Part shown: piece by piece, positions 1 through 9,476 of the stretch | Position numbering within the stretch: the stretch's first letter is position 1 | Layout: every line of letters begins with the position of its first letter | Assembly: GCA_024275015.1 (NCBI GenBank) | Contig: JAJRZW010000001.1 | Span: forward strand, 706 to 64,705 | Source: Deltaproteobacteria bacterium | GTDB lineage: Bacteria; Desulfobacterota; Desulfobulbia; Desulfobulbales; JAJRZW01 | Length of the DNA: 64,000 nt | Direction of reading: 5' to 3' | The notes under the pieces: model-generated | What the model was told of the DNA's origin: nothing | Seen by the model: only the letters and a program-made list of their open reading frames with translations | The model's database searches: none | Position numbers and translations under genes: made by a program

Positions 1-1
1 G

Positions 2-712
2 TTCGACGCCGCCCTGGAGCTTGGTTTTGAACTTTTTCAGGGGTATTTTTTCAAGAAGCCGCATATCCTCAGCGGCCTTGATATACCGGGGGCAAAGCTG
101 CAATATCTTGAGATTCTGCGGCTGATACGTAATGAATTTTATGATTTTGACCATCTTTCCCGGCTTATTGCCGATGATGTATCCCTTTCCTATAAACTTC
201 TGAAATATGTTAATTCCCCCTGTTACCGCCGTCGAAGTGAGATAAGGTCGTTAAAGAGTGCTGTCGCCCTGGTGGGGGAGGAGGAACTGCGTAAGTGGCT
301 GTCGTTGGTGATGATGAGTGATATGGCCGAGGACAAGCCCGACGAGTTGGTGCGCCTGGCAGTCATCCGGGGGCAGTTCTGCGAGATTCTCGGCGGGGAG
401 ATTGAGGGGGAGAAAGGTCGCGATCGTTTTCATACCGTGGGTATGTTTTCACTCCTTGACGCCCTCCTTGACCGTCCCATGGATGAGCTTCTGGCTGAGC
501 TGAATTTCAGCGATGAGATTAATCATGCCCTGACCGGTAAGTCAGGGGGACTTCTTGCTCAAGTCCTTCATTTGGTCAAGGCCTATGAGATGGGGGCATG
601 GGAGCGGGTGACCCGGGCGGCGGATTCCCTCGGCCTTGACACTGACCGTCTGCCGGAGATATTCATCGTCGCCCTTGAGCGTTCCCGTTATTTCGAGGCC
701 CTGCTCAATTGA
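2..712 (+). CDS. EAL/HDOD-domain signalling protein, 5' end outside window
   Basis: Frame is open from the window edge. The visible N-terminus ends an EAL-type domain (ELFQGYFFKKP) and is followed by an HDOD-like region (LKYVNSPCYRR, ALVGEEELRKWL). ORF-track 272..712 is its tail. Confidence 0.7.
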   Translation, partial: FDAALELGFELFQGYFFKKPHILSGLDIPGAKLQYLEILRLIRNEFYDFDHLSRLIADDVSLSYKLLKYVNSPCYRRRSEIRSLKSAVALVGEEELRKWLSLVMMSDMAEDKPDELVRLAVIRGQFCEILGGEIEGEKGRDRFHTVGMFSLLDALLDRPMDELLAELNFSDEINHALTGKSGGLLAQVLHLVKAYEMGAWERVTRAADSLGLDTDRLPEIFIVALERSRYFEALLN

Positions 713-738
713 AAAAGAGGGAAGACGGGAAAGGCCCC

Positions 739-790
739 GACGCTTTTTCCGAAAATCGCCGAAGACGCCTCCGCGGGGAATTACGAGACC
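739..790 (+). repeat. family-B repeat copy B1
   Basis: CGCTTTTTCCGAAAATCGCCGAAGACGCCTCCGCGGGGAATTACGAGACC, immediately after the HDOD gene stop. Confidence 0.75.
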
Positions 791-878
791 ATCTTTTTTT
801 CCCTTCCCCATCCGCCGCGGTCAATGGCGAAATGTTATTTTACCGGAGCCGTCTGCTTTTGCGGGCATGGGAGATGGG

Positions 879-2939
879 TCAGACGGACATTCTTGAGAAA
901 TCCCCCACCCGGAGAAAGAGGGCGGCCACCCGGCCAAGCAGGCTTACGCGGTTGTCGCGGCGTCTTTCGTCTTCGTCCATGACCATGACCTGATCGAAGA
1001 AGGTGTCAACCGGGTCTTTCAAGGCGAGAAAGGCGCGCATGGCGGCGGTGAAATCTCCGGCCGCGAGTTTTGGCCTTGCCTCTTCTTCGACCCGGACCAG
1101 GGCGGAGTAGAGTTCTTTTTCCTCAGCCTCGACCAGCAGGGCGGGATCAACGGTGCCGGGGATCTGGTCCTTGATGATGTTTCGCACCCGCTTGAATGAC
1201 CCGGCGAGGATGGCAAAGGCCTTGTCTTCACTGATTTCGACCAGGGCTCTGATCCTGCGGTCGGCTTCGGGGATGGAGTCAAAATGCACCGAGGTGACCG
1301 CCTCCACCGCTGCCTGAGACCAGGTGGTGCCGCGGTCGTTGACGTAGCGGCCGCGGATAAAGGCGATGATCGCGGTCAGGGTCTTGGCACCGTCCCTGCT
1401 TACTTTGTCTCCGAGAAGAGCAAGGCTCTTTTCGGTTAATTCGCCAAGGGAGATATTCAGGTCATGGGCGGCGATGAGGTGGATCAGGCCAAGGGCCAGA
1501 CGGCGGAGACCGAAGGGGTCGGTATTGCCGCTTGGTTCCTTGCCGATGCCGAAACAGGCGCTGATGGTGTCGATGCGGTCGGCGATGCCGACAATGGCCC
1601 CGGTTTTTGATTGCGGCAATGCCGCCCCGGCCCGCACCGGCATATAATGCTCGGCAATGGCAAGGGCGATTTCGGGCGGGATGCCTTCGTTCCGGGCGTA
1701 TTCCCGGCCCATGATTCCCTGCAGCGACGGAAATTCGGCGACCATTTCGGTGAGGAGGTCGGCCTTGGCCAGACGGGCCGCGGTCATTGCCGTGTCCGTT
1801 TCTTCCGGAGCCGCCTTGGCGCATATCCATTCTGCCATGGCGGTGATGCGGTCACTCTTTTCGCGCATGGTTCCGAGACCGGCCTGGAACACCACCCCGT
1901 CGAGCCGGGGCAGAAGCTCTTCAAGACGGTGGTTCCTGTCTTCACGGAAGAAGAATAACGCGTCTTCGAGCCGGGCCCGGAGTACCCGTTCATGGCCCCG
2001 GACCGCGAGGTCGTCGTTGCCGGTGTCGAGGTTGTTGATGGCGACGAAGTTGGCCCGCAGCTCGCCTTTGTCGTCGACCACGGCGAAATATTTCTGGTGC
2101 TCGCGCATGGAGGTGATCAGGACTCCGCGCGGCAGATGGAGGAACTTATGGTCAAATGAGCCGGCCACCGCGTGCGGCATTTCGACGAGGTTGGTTACCA
2201 GGTCGAGGAGGGCGTCATCTTCAAGGAGATGGCCACCGGTTTTTTCCGCCGCCGCCCGGGCCTGTTCGATGATCATCTCCCGGCGTTCGGCGATATCGAC
2301 GATCACTCCGGCCCGGCGCATCTGTTCGCGGTAATTATTCGGAGTGACGGAAATGGCGGCCGGGGTGGTGAAGCGGTGGCCGCGGCTTTCCCTGCCGCTT
2401 CTGATTTCGTTGATGGCGCAGTCTATTACTTTTTCGCCGAATATGGCGACGATCCACCGTACCGGTCGGGCAAAGGCGTCCCGGCCCGAGCCCCAGCGCA
2501 TGGATTTGGGGAACGGGATCTGGCTGATGATTCCGTTTAATACCGGGGACAGCAGGGCGGCGGTGTCCTGACCGCGGTTTTCCACCACCGCCATCAGGTA
2601 GTCGCCCTTATCGGTCTTGATGGTCTTGAGGTCGGATAGTTCCACTCCCCGGGTACGGGCAAAGCCGATGGCCGCCTTTGTCGGCTTGCCGTCGGGGGCA
2701 AAGGCGGCTTTTTTCGGGGGGCCGGTCACTTCTTCGCGTCGGTCTGCCTGCCTTTCCGGCAGACCGGTCACCACAAGGGCCAGACGGCGCGGGGTTCCGG
2801 CGGTGCTGATGTCGTTGTATTCGAGGCGGAGGGCCGCCAGCTCTTTCGCTATTTTTCCGGCCATAAAATTGAGGGCGGGGGTGATGTATGCCGCCGGGAT
2901 TTCCTCGGTGCCGATTTCAACTATAAGATCATTGGCCAT
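879..2939 (-). CDS. glyS: glycine--tRNA ligase beta subunit
   Basis: 686 aa ORF with a typical GlyS N-terminus (MANDLIVEIGTEEIPA) and GlyS length. Confidence 0.95.
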   Translation of the reverse strand: MANDLIVEIGTEEIPAAYITPALNFMAGKIAKELAALRLEYNDISTAGTPRRLALVVTGLPERQADRREEVTGPPKKAAFAPDGKPTKAAIGFARTRGVELSDLKTIKTDKGDYLMAVVENRGQDTAALLSPVLNGIISQIPFPKSMRWGSGRDAFARPVRWIVAIFGEKVIDCAINEIRSGRESRGHRFTTPAAISVTPNNYREQMRRAGVIVDIAERREMIIEQARAAAEKTGGHLLEDDALLDLVTNLVEMPHAVAGSFDHKFLHLPRGVLITSMREHQKYFAVVDDKGELRANFVAINNLDTGNDDLAVRGHERVLRARLEDALFFFREDRNHRLEELLPRLDGVVFQAGLGTMREKSDRITAMAEWICAKAAPEETDTAMTAARLAKADLLTEMVAEFPSLQGIMGREYARNEGIPPEIALAIAEHYMPVRAGAALPQSKTGAIVGIADRIDTISACFGIGKEPSGNTDPFGLRRLALGLIHLIAAHDLNISLGELTEKSLALLGDKVSRDGAKTLTAIIAFIRGRYVNDRGTTWSQAAVEAVTSVHFDSIPEADRRIRALVEISEDKAFAILAGSFKRVRNIIKDQIPGTVDPALLVEAEEKELYSALVRVEEEARPKLAAGDFTAAMRAFLALKDPVDTFFDQVMVMDEDERRRDNRVSLLGRVAALFLRVGDFSRMSV

Positions 2940-2948
2940 TTTTTATCC

Positions 2949-3671
2949 CTATCCTTCTATCATTGCGAAGGTGCTGTATCCTTCGGAAAGGTTTTTTACC
3001 TTGAGGGAAAACCACTTGATGGCCGCAAATTCCGTAAGCGCACGTCCAAGGGCCTGGGCCATGCCCTCGACCGTGGGTGAGAAATTGTCGCCGTCAAGCC
3101 CGTCATTATGGCGCAAGATCGCCTCTTCCGCCAGGTTAATTATCTCTTCGATCCAGGCGAAATATTCAAACCGTACCTTGAGGATCGCTTCGCCCCAGCG
3201 TCCCCGGGACCGGGGCATTAATTCACGTATCGGCGCCGGCGGCGTGAGTCTGATGGGGATTTTGACCTCAAGGGTGAGTTTTTCCTCGCGGCCGAGGGAG
3301 CCGTGCAGGCGGCAGGCGTAGCGGTCCATTTCGACCCGGACCGGGGCTGGTCGCGGTCGTTTGACAAAAAAGGGGAAGGCTATTTCCACATGGGCCTCTT
3401 CGGCCTCGAGGTGGTCTTTCATCTCTTCGAGGATGCGGTGGAAGCTTTTGATGTCGATCCGGTCGCGATGGTGGTTGAGGATTTCGACAAAGCGGCTCAT
3501 GTGGGTGCCCTTGAAGTGGTGGGGCAGATTGACGAACATGTTTACCGAGGCGATGGTCTGCTGTTCGCGGTTGGCGCGATCAAGCACGGTGATCGGGTAG
3601 GTGATTTCCCGGACCCCGACCTTGCGGATGTTTATCAGGCGGTGGTCAGGTTGGTTCTGGATGTCTTTCAT
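2949..3671 (-). CDS. folE2: GTP cyclohydrolase FolE2/MptA family
   Basis: 240 aa with FolE2-like motifs (RKVGVREITYPITV, NLPHHFKGTHMSRF). Lies directly upstream of glyS. Confidence 0.8.
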   Translation of the reverse strand: MKDIQNQPDHRLINIRKVGVREITYPITVLDRANREQQTIASVNMFVNLPHHFKGTHMSRFVEILNHHRDRIDIKSFHRILEEMKDHLEAEEAHVEIAFPFFVKRPRPAPVRVEMDRYACRLHGSLGREEKLTLEVKIPIRLTPPAPIRELMPRSRGRWGEAILKVRFEYFAWIEEIINLAEEAILRHNDGLDGDNFSPTVEGMAQALGRALTEFAAIKWFSLKVKNLSEGYSTFAMIEG

Positions 3672-3838
3672 CGAAGGTCAGGTGATTTACTGGTTCGTGA
3701 TGAAGGTTACGGTTACGGGTTCAGCGTGAATCTGTCCCGGGAAATTTTGCCTGGGAGTGACGCGGTCGCGAATCGGTAAAAAAGGCCTGCAGACACGGGG
3801 CCGGCAGGCCGTGGGATGGGGCCATGAGGATGAAGGAC

Positions 3839-4192
3839 TTATTTTTTCAGGACCCTGGCCACTGTCTCCCGCAGTTCGTCAAGGTCGGCGGATTTGACCA
3901 CAAAGGCGTCGCAGGCCCAGGAGGAGAGGTCCTGTTTGTATTCCTGATAGGCGGAACTGAGGATTACCGGCAGGTTGCTGTTGTCTTCCTTGAGTTTGCG
4001 CAGGACCTCGATGCCGTTGATCCCCGGCATCTGGATATCGAGGATGATCAGATCGGGGTTGAGGGCCGGGACCAGACGCAGGGCCTCCTCGCCGTTCATG
4101 GCTGAATGGACTTCGTAGCCTTCGTTTTCGAGTTCATCGCGAAATAGCAGATGGATTGACTCTTCGTCGTCGACAACCAGGATTTTTTTCAT
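3839..4192 (-). CDS. single-domain CheY-like response regulator
   Basis: 117 aa receiver domain starting MKKILVVDDEE, with DIQMPGINGIE. ATG at 4192. The 283-aa ORF-track extension runs into galT-like coding sequence in another frame. Confidence 0.9.
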   Translation of the reverse strand: MKKILVVDDEESIHLLFRDELENEGYEVHSAMNGEEALRLVPALNPDLIILDIQMPGINGIEVLRKLKEDNSNLPVILSSAYQEYKQDLSSWACDAFVVKSADLDELRETVARVLKK

Positions 4193-4235
4193 TGGTTTAT
4201 CTCCCTGTTTCCGTGATCTGTAGCATGATGATCCA

Positions 4236-5234
4236 TCATATTTCCGCGTCGCGGAGGAACGATGCCGCTTCTTCCGGGGGCATGGGATTGATATAGAAAC
4301 CGGAACCCCATTCAAAACCGGCGATTTGGGTGAGTTTGGGCATGATCTCGAAATGCCAGTGAAAATGTTCAAGGGGATTTTCCCGTAAGGGGGCGGTGTG
4401 GAGAACGAAGTTGTAGGGGACGTCTTGTATGCAGGCGTCAAGCCTCCGCATGCAGTCGGAAAAGATGGCGGCAAGGGACTTGAACTGCGGTTCGGCCATA
4501 TCGATATATGATGAGCCATGGACGGTGGGCATGATCCACATTTCAAACGGCGACCGGGGCGCGAACGGGGTAATGGCGATGAAGTCGTCGTTGTCGGCGA
4601 CAATCCGCACTTGCTGTTTGCGTTCCTGACGGATGATGTCGCAGAAGATGCAGCGTTCCTTATAGCCGTAATAACGTTTGCTGCCCTCAAGTTCGCTGAC
4701 GATCATTCGGGGGAGAATCGGCAGGGCGACCAGTTGCGAGTGGGAATGCTCAAGGGAGGCCCCGGCGGCGTGGCCGTAATTTTTGAAGACCATGACGTAT
4801 TTAAAGCGGGGGTCGCGACCGAGGTCGATAATCCGGTCGCGATAGGCCCAGAAGACCTGAACCATCCGTTCAACCGGCAATTGCGCGAACGACAGGTCGT
4901 GTTCCGGGATCTCGACGATGACCTCATGGGCGCCGATGCCGTTCATCTTGTCGTAGATGCCGTCGCCTTCCTTGCCGATCTCGCCTTCGATGATCAGGGC
5001 GGGGAATTTATTCGGTACCACCCGTAGATTCCATCCGGGTTTGTTGGGGGCGGGGACGGCCCGGCCGTAGCTCAGAACCTCGGGCGGGGTGGTATTTTCG
5101 TGCCCCGGACACAGGGGACAGAAACCCTCACGGGTGGAGACCCGGTCGATGACAAAATCGGTGGGTCGCTTGGAACGCTCGGTGGCGATGATGATCCAGC
5201 GGCCAAGGATGGGATCGCGACGCAGTTCAGGCAT
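4236..5234 (-). CDS. galactose-1-phosphate uridylyltransferase-like HIT-superfamily enzyme
   Basis: 332 aa from MPELRRDPILGRWIIIA. Contains the CPLCPGHE zinc motif and the HSHSQL histidine-triad motif. Start trimmed so it does not overlap dksA. Confidence 0.8.
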   Translation of the reverse strand: MPELRRDPILGRWIIIATERSKRPTDFVIDRVSTREGFCPLCPGHENTTPPEVLSYGRAVPAPNKPGWNLRVVPNKFPALIIEGEIGKEGDGIYDKMNGIGAHEVIVEIPEHDLSFAQLPVERMVQVFWAYRDRIIDLGRDPRFKYVMVFKNYGHAAGASLEHSHSQLVALPILPRMIVSELEGSKRYYGYKERCIFCDIIRQERKQQVRIVADNDDFIAITPFAPRSPFEMWIMPTVHGSSYIDMAEPQFKSLAAIFSDCMRRLDACIQDVPYNFVLHTAPLRENPLEHFHWHFEIMPKLTQIAGFEWGSGFYINPMPPEEAASFLRDAEI

Positions 5235-5241
5235 GATCTGC

Positions 5242-5604
5242 TCAGCCGGCCTTGGCGTTTTCCTGCTGTTCCTGCCGGGTTTTGCAGTCAATACAGTATG
5301 ACGCGACCGGACGGGCCTTAAGTCTTTCGATTGCGATATCGTCGCCGCATGACTCGCAGATGCCGTAGTCACCGCTGTCGATCTTGTTTATGGTTGACTG
5401 GATCTTGGCAAGGAGCTTGCGTTCCCGGTCGCGCAGGCGTAACTCAAAACTGCGGTCTGACTCTGCCGCGGCCCGGTCGGCGGGGTCAGGGTAGTTGTCG
5501 TTGTGGTCGGTCATATCAACAAGGGTCTTTTCAGCTTCTCCCAGGATTTCCCTGCTCATGTCCTCAAGCCTTTCCCGAAAGTGAACCAGATTCTCCTTAT
5601 TCAT
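5242..5604 (-). CDS. dksA: DksA/TraR family C4 zinc-finger RNA polymerase-binding regulator
   Basis: 120 aa with a coiled-coil region and the CESCGDDI...CIDCK four-cysteine finger. Confidence 0.85.
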   Translation of the reverse strand: MNKENLVHFRERLEDMSREILGEAEKTLVDMTDHNDNYPDPADRAAAESDRSFELRLRDRERKLLAKIQSTINKIDSGDYGICESCGDDIAIERLKARPVASYCIDCKTRQEQQENAKAG

Positions 5605-5720
5605 ACCATATCTCCGCGAATTTACTGTTTTGGCACCGCCGTTGTTAGGCTTTGCGTTGATTCTATCAGATCGGGATCTGATTGCTTAAACACTTTTTGA
5701 TTTTTATATTCCCTGGTTCG

Positions 5721-5877
5721 TAACAGACTGTTGAAAAAGCCGTCCTGCCTTTTTCAACTCCCGGTTGGCCAAAACAAGTTCCGGCCAACCTCTCGATTTT
5801 ATTGGATTTTAAAAACCCAATAAAATCGGCGGTGCGTCGATGCACCGCGACCAGTCCGTTTTTTAACGGACTGGTAA
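5721..5877 (+). mobile_element. family-A MITE copy A1 (multi-hairpin, ~155 bp)
   Basis: TIR CAGACTGTTGAAAAA at the left and its inverted copy at the right. Flanked by direct GTAA/GTAA. Four internal hairpins. Confidence 0.8.
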
Positions 5878-5909
5878 CCCAAAAGGCTGATTGTTAAAGG
5901 GGTCATTTT

Positions 5910-7013
5910 TCAAGAAGCCATGCGAAACAATTTTTTTAGAAATCCTTCATCAGCGGTACTGTTTTCCTCTTCAAGGACGGCGAATTCCTCAAGCAGTTCT
6001 TTCTGTCTCGATGACAGCTTTTTTGGGGTTTTTACATCAACCTCAATGATCATATCACCGGTGCCGCCACCACGCAGCCGCGGGATTCCCTGTTTTTTAA
6101 GCCGCAGGGTGTCGCCGGACTGGGTCCCGGCCGGGACCTCAAGGGTCTTCTCTCCGTGGATGGTCGGAACCTCTATGCTGCATCCGAGGGCGGCCCTGGT
6201 CATGGAAAGAGGCAGGCGCAGGTGTATATCGGCACCGTCGCGGAGAAAAAACTCATGCGGTTCAACATAGAGAAAGACGTAGAGGTCTCCAGGTGGACCG
6301 TGGTGGCGACCGCCTTCACCCTCGCCGCTGACCCGCATCCGGGCGCCATGATCAACCCCGGCCGGGATTTTCAGTGACAGCCTTTTGCTTATCTCCTTGA
6401 GCCCATGCCCATTACAGACCTTGCACGGATCTTTGATGACCCGGCCTTCGCCCCGGCAGGTGGGACATGTGGTGCTGACCCGGAAAAATCCCTGAGAACG
6501 GATGACCTGACCCCGGCCCCGGCATTCGGGACATGTCTCGGCCTCCCGGCCTTCCCTGGTCCCGGATCCCCGGCACTCATCGCAGGTATCGGCGCGAGTG
6601 ATCTCGATTTCCTTTTCAGTTCCGAGAGCGGCGTCCATAAAGGTGATGTTGAGATCAAAACGGAGGTCGGCCCCGCGGATCGGGCCGTTTTGAGTCTGCC
6701 TTGCGCCGCCGAAACTGAAGAGATCGTCGAATATGTCGCCGAAACTTGAGAATATATCGTTGAAATTTCCCGGGCCCTGATAGCCGCTGTTTCTGAGTCC
6801 GTCAATGCCGTATTGATCGTATATCTGCCGCTTTTTCGCGTCGCCCAGAACTTCGTAGGCCTCGGCCGCTTCCTTGAAGCGTTCTTCCGCCTCTTTATTG
6901 TTTGGGTTGCGGTCGGGGTGATATTTGAGCGCCAGTTTCCGGTAGGCCTTTTTTATCTCTTCGGCCGTGCTGGATTGGTCAACCTTTAATGTCTGATAAT
7001 AATCCGTACCCAT
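5910..7013 (-). CDS. dnaJ: molecular chaperone DnaJ (type I, with zinc-finger domain)
   Basis: J-domain (YHPDRNP), a G/F-rich region and four CxxCxGxG repeats. Confidence 0.9.
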   Translation of the reverse strand: MGTDYYQTLKVDQSSTAEEIKKAYRKLALKYHPDRNPNNKEAEERFKEAAEAYEVLGDAKKRQIYDQYGIDGLRNSGYQGPGNFNDIFSSFGDIFDDLFSFGGARQTQNGPIRGADLRFDLNITFMDAALGTEKEIEITRADTCDECRGSGTREGREAETCPECRGRGQVIRSQGFFRVSTTCPTCRGEGRVIKDPCKVCNGHGLKEISKRLSLKIPAGVDHGARMRVSGEGEGGRHHGPPGDLYVFLYVEPHEFFLRDGADIHLRLPLSMTRAALGCSIEVPTIHGEKTLEVPAGTQSGDTLRLKKQGIPRLRGGGTGDMIIEVDVKTPKKLSSRQKELLEEFAVLEEENSTADEGFLKKLFRMAS

Positions 7014-7025
7014 GATGTTATGATT

Positions 7026-7292
7026 TTATGTCGTTTGCGATTCAGCGGGTTCTTCCATTGGGGTTTCGGCCTTTTTTGTCTCGATTTTGCCGATTTCCTC
7101 GATATTGCCAAAGGTTACCTTCCCGGCGGCAATTTCACGCAGGGACGATACCGCCTCCTTGTTCTTGCATTCAACAAGATAAGGCAGGCCTTTGCGGTGC
7201 TGTTTGATCCGGGCAACCGCCAGATGAATCAGGGAAAAACGATTTTCGTTCCCTATTTTTGTCAGACAGTCTTCAACCGTAATTCTCGCCAT
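7026..7292 (-). CDS. rpoZ: DNA-directed RNA polymerase subunit omega
   Basis: 88 aa starting MARITVEDCL, with NRFSLIHLAVARIKQ, typical of RpoZ. Confidence 0.9.
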   Translation of the reverse strand: MARITVEDCLTKIGNENRFSLIHLAVARIKQHRKGLPYLVECKNKEAVSSLREIAAGKVTFGNIEEIGKIETKKAETPMEEPAESQTT

Positions 7293-7685
7293 GGCCGCAG
7301 CGTTCTCCTGGATTTGGTCCGCCGGATACCGTGGTTCCCGACAGTTATTTTAAGACATTCAAGATGAAGTCAGGTTAATGGATCATCGTTAAACACTTAA
7401 TTATAATCCTATCGTCGTAATTGGCAAATTGTTTTTTGTTATTCGGAATCAGGGCAGTTAAATAATCACTATGGCGCTGGTGCTATTTTCTTTATTTACG
7501 GCTGGATGGCATGGAAAGTGCTTTTAAAGCAACGGCATGGAGTACATATGGCGGAAATTACGGTTATGGTCAGCGGTGATGGCCGTTAAGACGGGGGCGT
7601 GGCCCGGTATTAAGGCGGTCGTGCTTCAGGTCGCAGGGGGGGGAATTTTTTGCCGTGCAAGGCCTTGCCGCTGACGGGAGGAGGC

Positions 7686-7910
7686 ATGAGGAGATTGTTG
7701 TTGATGTTGCTTATCGGTCTTGCCGGCTGTGTTGCCCGGGTGGATAGCCGTTTTGTCCGTCTGAGGGCGGAAGGGGCGGCCCCGGGGAGCATTTACGGGG
7801 TCGCGGTTTATCCCCGGCTTTCGGGGGACGCTGTCGGCACTGATCTGCCCGGACGTTTTGGCCCGGCCTGGAGGGCGGTCAGGGTGCATCCCGGCCACAA
7901 TTTTAATTGA
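7686..7910 (+). CDS. small lipoprotein, function unknown
   Basis: GGAGGAGG RBS upstream of ATG 7686. Signal MRRLLLMLLIGLAGC carries a lipobox. First gene of a four-gene lipoprotein cluster. Confidence 0.5.
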   Translation: MRRLLLMLLIGLAGCVARVDSRFVRLRAEGAAPGSIYGVAVYPRLSGDAVGTDLPGRFGPAWRAVRVHPGHNFN

Positions 7911-7929
7911 TTTATCCCGGAGGATGGTG

Positions 7930-8727
7930 ATGGGTAATTTTGTCGCGGGTCTGGTATGTCTTTTATCTTTTTTTACCGCCGTTCCGGTCATTGCCGCTGC
8001 CGGAACGGGGGAATCGGCATGGCAGCGCCCCGGTAATCAGGGCGGGGTTGCGGCCGGGGAGCGGAAATACTTTTATAATTATCCCCACCAGGTTCCGCCG
8101 GATTACGTTTACCGTACTGGCCGGATCTGGGCGCCGTTGTCGTTTATCCCCGGCGCGTCCCGGCCGGGGACTGTCCGGGACGAAAAAAAGTCTTTGCCGG
8201 GGGGGATGAGCCGGGGGGGGGAACTGGCCCTGGCGGTAAAGGGGATGGCGGCGCAGCTGGTAAGCGGCGGCCGGGATTATCTGGTTGATGATTATGTGGT
8301 CGCGGTGGCGAGTTTCGTTAACCTCGGTGATCTTTACCAGACCTCGTCTCTGGGACGTTATCTTGGGGAAGAACTCATGGGCGATCTTGCCCGGGCCGGG
8401 GTCGGGGTGGTTGAGATTCGGAAGACCCCGGGGCTTTTTCTTCGGCGTCAGGGGGGGGAGTACGGTCTGTCGCGTGACCTCGATGCGTTGAATCCGGTCC
8501 AGGACGCCCAGGCGGTGGTGGTCGGCACCTACACCTATGATAAATCGCAGATCCTGGTCAACGCCCGTCTCCTCCGTAATGGTGACAGCATGGTTATATC
8601 AACCGCGAGTCTGATACTTGACATGGATGAGCTGACCCGGTCTTTGCTGGCTGACGAGAACCAGTCGGTAAGCCGGCGTCAGAAACACGGCGGAGTGGTG
8701 CGGGTGCGTCAGGCCGCCGCCGAGTAG
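7930..8727 (+). CDS. FlgO-family-like envelope protein
   Basis: N-terminal hydrophobic segment, then an FlgO-like core (VASFVNLGDLYQTSSLGRYLGEELMGDLARAGVGVVEIRK...VVVGTYTYDKSQILVNARLL). Start chosen after GGAGG at 7919-7923; 7924 is an alternative. Confidence 0.6.
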   Translation: MGNFVAGLVCLLSFFTAVPVIAAAGTGESAWQRPGNQGGVAAGERKYFYNYPHQVPPDYVYRTGRIWAPLSFIPGASRPGTVRDEKKSLPGGMSRGGELALAVKGMAAQLVSGGRDYLVDDYVVAVASFVNLGDLYQTSSLGRYLGEELMGDLARAGVGVVEIRKTPGLFLRRQGGEYGLSRDLDALNPVQDAQAVVVGTYTYDKSQILVNARLLRNGDSMVISTASLILDMDELTRSLLADENQSVSRRQKHGGVVRVRQAAAE

Positions 8728-8765
8728 GAGGGGTATTTATGAACATGTGGCAATTATCGGGGACT

Positions 8766-8902
8766 CTGGAAAATGGTCTTTTCGCCCGATCCCGGCGGGA
8801 TGAGCAAAATGAAAATGCTCATATCGCCACGGCGGGACTGCGATGTTTGATTTTGCTCATTCCCCGGCCCCGGATGAAAAGCCTGACTCTTCAAGATACC
8901 CT
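8766..8902 (+). repeat. family-C repeat copy C1
   Basis: Aligns over ~135 bp with 37991-38127 and partly with 32228-32268. Contains the ATG (8874) used by the downstream lipoprotein gene. Confidence 0.75.
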
Positions 8903-9467
8903 GTTGTTTTTACTGCTGTTCATGCTCCTGCCTGGTTGTTCTTTTTTCCCGGCCGGGCGCGGCGGCACCGTGTCGGTAAAAAGTCCGGATTTTTTCGGGG
9001 TCGGCGAAGAGATCAGTCGCCAGCTGGTCCATAATCAGAGCGAGATTCTCGCCGGGGATAAACGTTTGATAATGACCACCTTTGTCGATATCGATGACCT
9101 TTCCCATACCAGTCGTTTCGGCCGGGTTCTGGCCGAGAGTCTGGCGACGCGGCTTTTTAACAACGGTTTCGGGGTGGTTGAGGTTCGTCAGGGGGCGGAT
9201 TTGACGATAAAAAAGAAGCGCGGCGAGGTTATGCTGACCCGGACCGGGGTCCTCAGGAACGCTGAGCATCAGGCCGAGGGGATAGTGGTCGGCACTTATG
9301 CCCTGACTCCGACCACGGTGATCATAAACGCCAAGATGCTGGATGCCGCAAATGGCGAGGTCATAAGCGTTGCCGGGCTTGAACTGCAGCGGACCGCCCA
9401 GATTGAGGGCCTTCTTGCCGAGGACTGGCCTGAGCGGATCGGTCGGCTTTCGGCCTACGAGAGATAG
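8874..9467 (+). CDS. FlgO-family-like lipoprotein (paralog of 7930..8727)
   Basis: Signal MKSLTLQDTLLFLLLFMLLPGC with lipobox. Core TTFVDIDDLSHTSRFGRVLAESLATRLFNNGFGVVEVRQ...IVVGTYALTPTTVIINAKML parallels the upstream gene. The ORF-track N-terminus (8739) lies inside repeat C1. Confidence 0.65.
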   Translation: MKSLTLQDTLLFLLLFMLLPGCSFFPAGRGGTVSVKSPDFFGVGEEISRQLVHNQSEILAGDKRLIMTTFVDIDDLSHTSRFGRVLAESLATRLFNNGFGVVEVRQGADLTIKKKRGEVMLTRTGVLRNAEHQAEGIVVGTYALTPTTVIINAKMLDAANGEVISVAGLELQRTAQIEGLLAEDWPERIGRLSAYER

Positions 9468-9476
9468 GAGAGCGAT

